Shown here: positions 36,301 through 47,446 of the stretch, piece by piece
Numbering within the stretch: the stretch's first letter is position 1
How the letters are laid out: each line of letters begins with the position of its first letter
DNA from: Lytechinus pictus
Taxonomy: Eukaryota
Assembly (NCBI RefSeq): GCF_037042905.1
Contig: NC_087252.1
Span: 17,052,001-17,116,000, forward strand
DNA length: 64,000 nucleotides
Reading direction: 5' to 3'
The notes under the pieces: model-generated
What the model was told of the DNA's origin: nothing
Databases searched by the model: none
The model's input: the letters and a program-made list of their open reading frames with translations, nothing else
Program-made: the position numbers and the translations under genes

Positions 36301-36945
36301 CTAAGCTGTTCATTACGATTTGATGGAACTTGTCAATAGATTTTCTACTTTGCAGAATCCGTCACCGTCGCGATAGCAAAAACTCGATATTATTGGGAGA
36401 ACAGAAAACATGGATGCAACAATATCAGTCACACTAAAAGGAACTAACTTTAAACCGACCAATCATCACGTAATAGGGAATGATCTGTCTGAATACGGTT
36501 CCATTGGTCATGTGCACGTAGTTGGGCGTCCGTGTGTGGGTGTGTGTTGGGGGGGGGGGGGGTTACACCGCCCAACATATTAACCTATATGAATTAGGTT
36601 ACTGAAATAAGATTCAACAATGCCAATGAAACTGAATGAGAGAAAGAACAAAAGTGGGAAACGACAAAGCAATTGCAATCGAATCCCTTTCCTCAAAACA
36701 CGTCCCATTTACAACCAGATCATCATGACCTCCTTTTTTTGTCAAAAAATGTATAGTTTGACGGGAAAGTGCGATCAGGTAACTATATAGTGTTTCATCT
36801 GGAAACTTGAAGTGAGGTAAAAATGGTTATGGATAGCTAGTGGATAGCATTTCTGGAAACAGTTTGTCGGTAATTTTCACTGGCTGACGTACTCTCAGCG
36901 AATCAGATGCAAGCTCGTGCAGTAAGCTAATATAACATCCGTCGG

Positions 36946-38460
36946 CAGTGGCAGATCCTGGGGGCACAGGGGGCGCACGCCCCCCCTAAGGCGCCGCTCA
37001 AAATAAAATTAAAGAAAAGTAAAAGAAAGAAAAGGCGCCGCTTAAAAAAAACCATACACTGATATAACATTAGCAACAGTAAAGGAAAGACTATCCCCCA
37101 GCAAAGCACAATCATATCATCTAGCTTCCTTATATTTTCTTTTAACTACCCTTTTCCCAACAACTTCGCCGGTTAAAAATAATCAGCAGTGTGCTGCCTG
37201 CATATAACTGGCGCCAATCAAGAATAATCAGCGCCACCTAAATCTAAATCGGCACCGGACAAGAATAATCGGCGCCATCTGGTTATAAATCGGGGCCGGT
37301 AAAGAAAAATCGGCGCTGCCTGAGTTCTTAACCGGCGCCGATCAAGGATAATCAGCGCCACCTAAATCTAAATCGGCACTGGACAAGAATAATCGGCGCC
37401 ATCTGGTTATAAATCGGGGTCGGTAAAGACAAATCGGCGCTGCCTGAGTTCTTAACCGGCGCCGATCAAGGATAATCAGCGCCACCTAAATCTAAATCGG
37501 GGCCGGACAAGAATAATCAGCGCCATCTGGTTATAAATCGGCGCTGCCAGAGTCTTAACCGGGCATGGTGGCTCAGTGGTAGAGCGTCCGCCTCATGAAC
37601 GAGAGGTCGTGGGTTCGATCCCCGGCCGAGTCATACCAAAGACTTATGAAAATAGGACCTTCTGCCTTCTTGCTTGGCGTTCAGCATTTAGACTGGAGAA
37701 GGGTAATAATAACATATTATGTTATGCAGGGCCCGCTGGAAGAGCAGTCTTATGATTGAAGTGGCTACCCTGGGTAAATAAAACGTTATTAAATTATTAT
37801 TATTAATTAAATTAACCGGCGCCGATCAAGAATAATCAGCTCCAGCTAAATCTAAATCGGCGCCGGGCAAGAATAATCAGCGCCATCTGGTTATAAATCG
37901 GGGCCGGTAAAGAAAAATCGGCGCTGCCTGAGTTCTTAACCGGCGCCGATCAAGGATAATCAGCGCCACCTATATCTAAATCGGGGCCGGTCAAGAATAA
38001 TCAGCGCCATCTGGTTATAAATCGGCGCTGCCTGAGTCTTAACCGGCGCCGATCAAGAATAATCAGCTCCACCTAAATCTTAATCGGCGCCGGACAAGAA
38101 TAATCAGCACCACCTAGTTAAAAATCGGCGCCAGTCAAGAATAATCGGCGCCTCCTGGTTCTAAATCGGCGCCAGTCGATTATGAATTGCCGCTGCCTGA
38201 ATCTTACGTGACGTCGGTAAAAATAATCAGCACTACTTGTTCTAAATCGGCGCCGGTCAAGACAAATCGGCGCTGCCTTTGTCTTGACCGGCGCCGATCA
38301 AGAATAACCAGCGCCACCTAAATTTAAATCGGCGCCGGTCAAGAATAATCAGTGTCCCCTGGTTCCAATAAATAGGCGCCGGTAGAATAATGAAGAATGG
38401 CCTATTGCCAACCAAATCTAGATCGGCGCCGGTCAAGAATGATCAGCGGCACCTGGTTAT
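36946..38460. repeat. GGCGCC-core tandem array (~20-bp monomers, ~124-bp higher-order unit) behind a CAGTGGCAGATCC hAT-like terminus
   Basis: The unit CAAGAATAATCAGCGCCACCTAAATCTAAATCGGC...GAGTTCTTAACCGGCGCCGAT repeats from ~37218. Confidence 0.85.
37561..37811 (+). mobile_element. Full-length tRNA-derived SINE inserted in the array
   Basis: A box TGGCTCAGTGG, B box GTTCGATCC, tRNA-like head with CAT loop, unique body, (ATT)n tail, TSD TTAACC (37555-37560 and 37812-37817). Confidence 0.9.
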
Positions 38461-39156
38461 ACATTCTACTGTTGATTGGTCATAACGAATAACAAAGCTT
38501 ATCGCATGCCCTTACAGAGTGGACTGGGGCGGGGCAGTTGCCCACAGATGTCATGAAATCTTTAATTTGTTATTTTAAAAATCCCAGAATCATACAAACG
38601 TGTAGAGCAAATCCTTTAATTTTGATCTTAATTTCCAATGCTTTAATAAAAAAAGGTCAGTCACTTTTCTTCTTCACAAATTCCACATTGTGCCACCTCT
38701 ATGGCCTTTAGTGTAAGACAGACAGCTACTATAGTGTTTCACTAGAAAGTGTTCAAGACTTGACAAAAATATATTTCATAATTTTTCACTGGCTTAGGAT
38801 TTTTTCATCATTCTCAAGTAATTAATTAATTTTTATTTTGCTTAATTGCACTTCCCCCCTCAATGGCATTCTGTACAGGCCCTAAAAAGCAAGCCACCGC
38901 CTGCAATAGCGAATTAATTTAAGGTTAGATCAGACTGGGCTATTTTAAGAGAGTATACAATAAGGGATGTTAATTACGCATATTTCTTTGGATGTGGCCC
39001 TTTCTTCTTTAAACGCGTATCGCATATGTATAAGGAGCACATGGACGCAGTCAAAGTCAAACTCATGTAGACTGACAGTGTGCTCACGTGGTGAATTCAG
39101 TTCACTACACGACCCTGAGCTAAAAGTTTTGGGGTTTTTGCACCATAACCTGAAAA

Positions 39157-39280
39157 ATGCCTAAAAGAAAAAAAAGGGGGTGCCGAACGTGCACGAGAGC
39201 GAATGCGGGAGGAGATGCAAAAGGATTCCCACAAATGTCTAAAGATAACAGACATCTTAAAAAAAAACAGCACCTTGTAA
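39157..39280 (+). pseudogene. Possible frameshifted first exon of a hAT/ZMYM1-like transposase
   Basis: Removing one A from the A8 run gives MPKRKKGGAERARERMREEMQKDSHKCLKITDILKK, resembling the KRKGGAEK...KCxKIT N-termini of animal hAT transposases (from memory). Followed by |GTAAGT; no downstream transposase exons seen. Confidence 0.4.
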
Positions 39281-41944
39281 GTATTCACATTTATTGTCCT
39301 AATTACCTACTCTTTTTAATACAATGCATAACACACAGTCATTCAATATGATATAAAATTAAATGGTCTAGCCTATTTCAACGAGTCTTTAATTTATTCC
39401 GTGTTATTGATTTTATGCTAATAAAATGCCCGCTTTTCCATCATGAGTTGAAACAATTAGAAATATCCCTTAACTTATAACAACACTTTTTTAAATTAAT
39501 TTTTTAAGCATTATATCCAGTTTCATCAAAGTAATTAGATACAAATTACTCATCATTACACATTGCATTAGATTTAGTGAAAAACATCACAATATATCTA
39601 TATATATATATATATATAAATACCAAATTCTGTATATTGGCCTATACATCATGTACATGAAAATTGAATGATAATATAATTATAAACCTGGATTTGTGAT
39701 GTATTCCAAATGATTTCCTGATGTAGTATCATTGTATATATATAGTAAAAAAAATTGTATCTCAATTAATATACAAAAGTATTGGCCTCATCGCAATAAA
39801 AGGGTTAGTATACACGAGATTTTGAAATCGCACATAACATGCATAATTTGTGTTACTTTTTGCTTGTTTCTTTCTTTAATAAGTTTTTCAATCTCTCTCT
39901 ATATATGTTTTAGAAAGATTATATGTTTAAATTGATGTATATTTTCTGTTATAATGAAATATGTTTAAGTGGACTTCAGGGAATGGTCGTACGCAGCAAG
40001 GGGGAAGGGAGGGGGGGGGGGGCAAATTCCCGATCAGCTGTTGTGAAAACACGTTTTTTCCTTAACATTTCATGAAAACTATGAAAAATGTGCAAATGTG
40101 AGATGTGCACCAAATACTTTTATTACACTTAAAAAAAAAAAGATCGCCCCATTGAGCATCTCGGTCCGTTTGTCTATCGTTTTTTTTTTTTTTTCAAAAG
40201 TATGTTCGAGTCTTGCCCCCCCCCCCCCCGGAAATATTATCTGCGTGTGGTCATGCAAAATGGCATGACTGGAAATCCTACATTTTAAAAAGAGCATTTG
40301 ACAGGGTCAGACTTTACCCCCTTTTCAACATTTTCTTTTATGGCGCCGGTGAAGTGCAAAAATATGTGCGCCGCTCGGCAGTACGCCCCCCCCCCCCTCT
40401 TTCGTCAAAAGCTGGATCCGCCTATTGTCGGTGGAAATCACTGACAACACTTTTCGTGAAACGCTGCCCGAGGTGCCTGGTCTGTTCCTGCTTTGAACTA
40501 GATTAATTTTTACCTCCATCTGTCCATATTCGAACTAACTCGGGACCCTGATGATCATGGGTAGACTAGGTGGTGCGGTGTGTTGGATCGCAATGGCCTT
40601 GCTATGGATATGTATCATAATGGTAGCGGGTAAGTGTCTTGTCATGATCAAACTTTATGAGAAACTGGGTTAGACAGTCGGATACGGTGCACAAAAGAGT
40701 ATTAAAAAAATCACCTAAAATGGCCCCTAGTATTTGCTGATTCACTTTACTATACATATCTAGTCAAATATTATTACAGGGGCAGTGCTAGAGGGGCAAC
40801 ACCCCACTTCAAATTATTTTGCAATTACATGTAATAAAAAGGGTATTAAAAAAGGAGGATCAAAATGGCAAAGAAGGTTTAGGAAAGGGAAGAAAGGAAA
40901 AGAAGAGTATCAAAGATTGAGATCTGGACCTATGATTACATAAATGCCTAGCCCGCTGAAATTCAATCGAGCAAAAAGGACGTTTTTAAGCATCAGTTCG
41001 TCCATTATTATTATTATTATTGTAAAGTAATTGGTAACGACTTGAAAAACTCGTCAGTGTGGCGCAATGTGCTAAACACTGCAAAGAGATACCATCTTAC
41101 GTACACGTAATATAAGCTCTCGAAGAGAGCGAATCCTTGCGTTTACAAAGGCAAGTTTGTGGGTTCGAATCCCAATAAGCCAGTTCGTAGTTCCTTTCTG
41201 CGCATGATCAAACTATTATACGCATGATCAGAGGAAGGTAATTTGTACTAAAGTGACATGGTGGTTTAAAATCTAATGAGATAAGCACCAACTTTGATGT
41301 CTTGATTATTCATATATTATTTTGAATAGTGGTTTTCATTTACATCCACAAAAACAACAATGCGTCCACGAACGACTGGTATTTCACAGTTTGCCAAGTA
41401 CATTGTGCAACATGCTATGATATGCATTTAAAGTAGGAATGCAACAAACACCTTCATAAAGTGTTCATTGGTGTGCTATTCTAGTCACCTGGTCTATTCA
41501 ATTTCTTCATCCTGCTATGTAAGGCAAGCTTACGTAATATCTTGCTTTGAAATTTGCCTATCATAATGAAAGAAATGAAAGGTCATTTGACCAAAATAGT
41601 TCATGAAGTAACTAAGAACTGGTCCATAGAGGCTATAACTTCATGTCTCCTTTAATAAAATAAAAAAAGGGCCCATACCGAATTCATATATTCCAAAACG
41701 GCCTATCTGTGGTAGGGAAATATACAAATGCCAATTAAAAGTGGTCATGGTGGTAGGAAAAAGAAACGCCATCCGGCAACGCGCCTGACTACCCAGAACC
41801 GTCAGCCGATGAAAATCTAGGTCTCCATGGAAGCTGTCTTTACTGAAAATTTATTTATTTTTATATGCCCCTTCATGTCCTTTTACTACACTGAGTTATC
41901 TAACTGTACATTCTTTGTCAGACAGGGAATGAAATTATGTCAAA

Positions 41945-42180
41945 TAATTATAGAAATAATAATAACAATAATAATAATAATTATTATTATTATTATTATT
42001 ATTATATTAATAACAATAACAATTACAACAACAATAATAATCACAAGAATAATTATTATTATAATAATAATATTAATAACAATAACAATTACAACAACAA
42101 TAATAATCACAAGAATAATTATTTTAATATTAATAATGTAATAATAATAATGATAATATTAATAATAATGATAATAAACA
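41945..42180. repeat. Compound (AAT/ATT/AAC)n microsatellite with internal duplication
   Basis: Direct reading; it explains the poly-I and poly-N ORFs. Confidence 0.95.
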
Positions 42181-42235
42181 TCATGTAGAAATAGATTACA
42201 CGAATTCTATATCTGTTTTTTTTTTCAAATACAAG

Positions 42236-42280
42236 GATTGACATCTGGAGTGGAGACCGCATCTGCCGGAAGTCAAACAG
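42236..42280 (+). CDS. Candidate 45-nt linker exon of the CUB gene
   Basis: Poly-T tract + AAG acceptor, (G)LTSGVETASAGSQT, donor CAG|GTAATG; phase 1-1, compatible with 46467. Confidence 0.45.
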
Positions 42281-43760
42281 GTAATGCCTTTCAATTTATT
42301 TTATACTACTTCCGGTTGTTTTAACCTTAAAACAGATCAAAGGTCACGGGCAATACTTACTTTTGATATCCGAAAATCATTAAGGAAAAAAATAAAGTTC
42401 GTTACTATGCATCAAAATTAGATATTTTGTAATAAGCTAGATTTAATGGGGAAGATCATTCCGACAATAAGTTTGTTTTGATAAAGGTGAGAAAAAATAG
42501 AGCAAACTATTTCATTGGATTTGACTTTATTTTACATGTTTCACATAATAATGAACATTGTGTACAAAATATAACATGGTATATAAATCAGCCACGCCGC
42601 CATTCATCTAAATTGAACAATACAGTAAATTGAAATCAAAACAATGTAAAATATGGTGAAATATGAGGAAACCTGCTTAAAAAGCAACCAAAAAGCAATC
42701 TAAAAAATGTGAATGTATAGGAGAGGGCAATAAAATGAATCGATTACTTAAAAAAAGCCAAAATATTACAACTGTTGGTATTTCAAAAGTGTACTTTTAA
42801 AAAGGTGTGTTTGCCAATATTACTGGCTATGGTTTGATGAAAATCCATGAGAGAATTAGCGATAGGAATTTTCTAAGTTTTTAATTTGTGACGTCATATG
42901 CAAGCAGCTTCTTCATGTAACATGTAATATAATATTCTATAAATACGAATTTGAAATGGAACACGGTAAATAAAAGGGGTATGAATCGATATTCCTGATG
43001 ATATATCTACCGCACAAACATAATCACTTTGATTTCATTTATTTATATATTTCCTTATTTATTCATTTATCTATCTATTTATTCAATTATTTATTCATGC
43101 ATTTCATTTTGTTGAAAATGGCATGGGGGATTTATTTCACACAACATAAAGAGATGTACTGCTATTTCGTATGACAAATATGAAAAGTATAGGCACCGTG
43201 CCCATGACAGGCCTAATTCAACTTCCGGCATCAAAGTACCGTAGACTGTCTGTTTTCTCTACCATAATTAATCCCTAAATATAGTTCATTGTCATGGTCA
43301 TGATGATGACAAAGATATAAAATGCCTATACACTTTTTTGCTGATTTTGGTGATTTTCATACCACGTTTTCACTGTATGCGCGTATTGTATAGCCAGACC
43401 GTGTAAAACAACATTTTACGTGCTTATAATTGTAAATGAGCACTGCGTTCACCATTAAAAAAAAATATTTTCCAATAATTATATTCAAGTTTTTGTTATA
43501 ACATATCATCAGGGCTCACAATGCTTCGAAATAATTTACTTGATTATGATACAAATATTATTATGTTCATTAAAAGAAAGGGGAAAACTCAGAATAATAC
43601 ACAATAAGTCACAAATTGAATTATTAAAAGCGTTAATTTGTTCTACTTTTTGTCAGCAATTTTTGAACAAATTAAGGTATTAAGGTTATATACTTATTTT
43701 TTTAATAAAAAGGCTACATATTTATGCCTCTTTTATCAGTCATTGTTTATGAATCATTCA

Positions 43761-43805
<45 letters not shown>

Positions 43806-43808
<3 letters not shown>

Positions 43809-44124
43809 AAAGAAATGGATGAAGAGAACAATGGTAGGCGTAGCTTAAATCAAGGTTCCCCAGAGCTATCTACCCTTTGGAAAAATTGGTAATGCCGAAA
43901 AAATGTCTCTGCCGGGAATCGAACACGGGCCCCCAGCTTTGAACGCCGGTGCCTTAACCACTAGACCACAGAGACGGGTTAGTGGCTAGGGCGACCCCGA
44001 TCCGATTGACCGTCAGATAGACAAATTTTCGACACTATACCAATTATAATTTCCTTTGTCGGGTGAAGGTGGGTTTCGAACAATGACAAGCCGCCATGCT
44101 TCAGCTGGATCAAAGCTATTGCTT

Positions 44125-44128
<4 letters not shown>
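43806..44128. mobile_element. 323-bp TG...CA element (solo-LTR/TRIM-like or Ginger-like) in (TA)n, carrying a tRNA-like gene
   Basis: Termini TGTAAAGAAAT / ATTGCTTTACA (11-bp inverted repeat, 1 mismatch); (TA)n on both sides, with TATAT abutting each end. Confidence 0.75.
43904..43975 (-). tRNA. tRNA-like gene with UCA anticodon (opal-suppressor-like; functionality unknown)
   Basis: GTCTCTG TG GTCT AGTGGTTA AGGC A CCGGC GTTCAAA GCTGG GGGC CCGTG TTCGATT CCCGG CAGAGAC A, then TTTTTT. Acceptor stem 7/7, D and anticodon stems intact, one T-stem mismatch, A and B boxes present. Confidence 0.6.
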
Positions 44129-44187
<59 letters not shown>

Positions 44188-44297
44188 ACATAGGGCCTAT
44201 GAACAAATGATTGCGAGATATTTCTGTGATCCCTCGTATGAAATCCTTGACATTCACTAATAATTTAAGTGTGTAAACGTTTGACTATAGCTTGTGT

Positions 44298-44605
44298 GGA
44301 GCATTGTGGCCCAGTGGACTAGTCTCCGGATATTGAAACAGATCGTGGGTTCAAATCCCACATGCCATGGCTTTATTTCCTTCAACAAAAAATTGATCCA
44401 TATTACGCTGCACTCAACCCAGGTGAGGTGAATGGGTACGTGGCAGGAATTTGTTCCTTGAAATGCATGTGTGCTGTAATCTGATACCCTGTTTATCTGC
44501 CAAAAATCGGGGTAATAAAAAGCTGGGGTAATAATATCCTACTCCCTTGGAAGCGAATAGAGACGTTCGTTATAATCATAATGTGATATGCACTGAATAT
44601 TATCA
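44298..44605 (+). mobile_element. Degenerate tRNA-derived SINE (second family)
   Basis: A box TGGCCCAGTGG, B box GTTCAAATCC, central CTCAACCCAGGTG...AATGGGTAC motif shared with the copy at ~61995-62190. Confidence 0.75.
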
Positions 44606-44606
44606 T

Positions 44607-45085
44607 TTATATGACAGCTAGACAGATCCTTGTGATTTGATTGGTTGTTTGATATCGTTCATTCAACCCATTTTGCAATGACGTCATCAACCGTGCAATT
44701 TTGGATCCATTCACCGTGCAATTTCGGATCCATACGATTTTGTCCATTGCACTCGCGCACCGAGACTGCAGCTGGCACAGGCACCAGCAGTGCGCATGTT
44801 GTAATGACGTAACAATCAACAGACCGAACTCGCCTTGCATGAGCTGGTTTTGCATCGAAATTCATAAATTTCATCTGAAAAAAAAAATAATTTTTAGGTG
44901 TCATATAAACCAAATAGTGAATGTTTTTCATTCGTGCAATGGACAGAATACTTCATTCGGTGAAAGATGAAATAATGTTCCATTCAACTCGGCTACGCCT
45001 CGTTGAATGGATCATTTTCATCTTTCACCTCATGAAGTATTATGTCCATTGCAATCATAAACATTCATTATTTGTATACTATAAG
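44607..45085. mobile_element. Unclassified interspersed element with a subterminal hairpin
   Basis: Begins at the SINE tail, has a GATTTGATTGG start and the hairpin CCATTCAAC-TC-GGCTACGCC-TC-GTTGAATGG (44980-45010). Only one copy in the window, so repeat status is inferred. Confidence 0.4.
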
Positions 45086-45792
45086 ACTGTTCTAGCGATG
45101 CATTGAAACTCGTATTTTGGTCTGCATCAATTGCCCGTGCAGTATCAGAGCGTATCCCTAAAAAAGACAGAAAATCGACAAATATTCCATAGGCTCCTGT
45201 ACAAAATTTGCTATGGAATTTTAGAGCATATTCAACAGTTTAATGCGCATGCGCGAATGCGTTAAATGCACAACGCGTACAACAATGAAAGCAATGCGAT
45301 GCACAGCACAGAGCACAATTATGCTTGATGACGTCACAATTAGCTTCATGCAAGTCGCATGTCGACGACCAAAATTGATCCTAAGTGATGATGGCATAAT
45401 GTGATGATCTATGACTTGTTCAATCAAAGTTCTCGCTCTGTTTTTGGCGAGGGAGTGGGATAGATGATAATAATTATATTGGATGGCTTTATTTCATGAA
45501 ATACCAGAACTATTACATTCGTTAGGGCCAATATTCTACTCATCTGCGATTCGTGGAATATTTCCCAAAACTCTTGTAATATTTCTGGTATTCCATTCTG
45601 AGCCATCCAATATAATATAGATATCCTCATATGAAAAATGTGTCTGTACTTTATAGCCATCATCTTCCTCTTGTACATATTCAGATACATGAAGAAGGTC
45701 CAATGGCCGAAAGCTCGTATTAAACCTGATAAAAGAAAGAACAGTCTACGTCTCCATGCTTTCCTGCTGTATATATATATATATATATATAT

Positions 45793-46427
45793 ATAAAAAG
45801 TTTACACTTAGAAAAAATCCTGTAAAATTATTTGCTTTATACACTGAGCTGTGATTTACATGAAATATGGCTTAGGCTTGATTTTCATTTTGTTAATCAT
45901 TGTCAAGCTTGGGAAAAGTGTGGAGAAACAAGTATTAAATGAAAAATGAAATGTAAACCCACTTTAAATGATACAAACTTAGTGAAGATGTCTGATTTAA
46001 CTTTTGTTCAGATTCAGTTATGTTCTCAGATCCAGCTGGCACAAAAAGGGTAATGGTTGTGCTGACTAAGTGTTGAAATTTCAATTTGGGTGGCAAAATT
46101 GTTACAAAATGCTTGAATGTATCCGTTTATTTCAATGGACTCAAAGTGCAAGGGAAATGTATGAGAAAGGTATCGCAGGGTAAGTTTCATTTCGCCCTTT
46201 CCCCTTGACACAGCGTGAAAACGAGCATTTCTGCGCAAACAGATTTCGGCGAGCTTTACAAAAATGGACAGTGCTCACTCAAGTGTAACATTCTGCCAAA
46301 ACTTTTACTTTCATTGGATTGATGAGACCCAAACCCAAGAATATAATGTGAAAGAATACCTTCATATTGTATATTTTTAAATTCCAAGGGCTTTTTCAAA
46401 GTGTAAACTTTTTTTTTAAACGCACTA
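45793..46427. mobile_element. Tc1/mariner-like MITE remnant (CAGTGCGT family)
   Basis: AAAAAGTTTACACTT.GAAAAA / TTTTTCAAAGTGTAAACTTTTT...AACGCACTA; left tip lost in a (TA)n tract. Confidence 0.65.
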
Positions 46428-46466
46428 TATATAACTTTTAAATATTATTTTCTTAACTCTGTTCAG

Positions 46467-46675
46467 GAGGTCGAGTGAAGCTTGCAGACGGTGAATCGTT
46501 CCTGATCGAATCACCGAAGAATAGATGGGGAGATTATGATAGCGGCCAGGACGTACTGTGGAGGGTTAAAGCACCTGATTCGTGTCAAATTCTCATCCAA
46601 TTCGAATACTTCTCTACCTTGCTTAATAGTGATTATGTATTTATTGGAAATGGAACAAAGAAATCAGATAACCCG
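46467..46675 (+). CDS. CUB-domain protein, CUB1 N-half exon
   Basis: ctctgttcAG| GGRVKLADGESFLIESPKNRWGDYDSGQDVLWRVKAPDSCQILIQFEYFSTLLNSDYVFIGNGTKKSDNP |GTGAG; IxSP...Y....W.I.AP....I.F..F...D CUB pattern; phase 1-0. Confidence 0.88.
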
Positions 46676-47446
46676 GTGAGATGAAGAATTCTGTATCTCA
46701 TAAAACGTATTTTTTATCAATATATATGTTTCTATACACAATGGACCAAATATGAGTGACGTATCCATTATGAAGTTGATTTTGATAACAATATTTTTAT
46801 TTCAAACTTATAGGTAATTGTGTTGTAGTATTCAGAAAATCATTTCGTATCTTATTCCCTTCCCTTTCATTTCATTTCTTGTCTATATATATACATGTAT
46901 AACTCGCTGTCTCTGCTTTTTTCATTGGCGGGGGAATATCCTTATCATTTCTATTTTATTTTATTTATTCATTCATTCATTTAATTATTCATAGATTAAT
47001 TTATCCATTCATTCATTTATTAGTTGTATTCTTTCATTTAGTAATTTTTTTTTTCTTGTTTAAATATTTTGATTTTTATTCTGGGGTGCCCCTAGTTCCT
47101 CCATTTATAAGTCAGGAGTAGGCCCTGTCAGCAACAGAAATATTTCATTCAGCATTTAAACAAACAAACTGAGTCATATATCGTATACAGAGCAAGTTGA
47201 TACTCGAAAAGCAATGTTGTTGATATATTTTTGTGATTATTAATGAAGAAGAATGACCACGATGATGGTATTGACAATGAAGATGAAGATGATGACGAAC
47301 AAAGCAATGATTTTGGCAGAGATAACAGTGCTTGTGACGATGAAAATAGCGAATAAGATGATTATGATGATGATGGTGATTTTTTTTTTCAGAGTGCATT
47401 ATTTAATATCCTATCTGGCATCAATTGTGTCATTATTTGCTTTAGA

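Noticed and set aside
37561..37632. tRNA-Met gene
   Set aside because: The acceptor stem does not pair, there is no terminator, and it continues into a body, (ATT)n tail and TSD: a SINE head.
41055..41190. tRNA or SINE from TGGCGCAATG and GGTTCGAATCCC
   Set aside because: The boxes are ~100 bp apart with no cloverleaf or recognisable tail; too degenerate to call.
41827..42188. Poly-Ile / poly-Asn ORFs as membrane or secreted proteins
   Set aside because: Translations of an (AAT)n microsatellite.
43904..43975. Canonical selenocysteine tRNA
   Set aside because: 4-nt variable loop, 7/5 acceptor/T geometry and A73; tRNA-Sec needs a long variable arm and extended stems.
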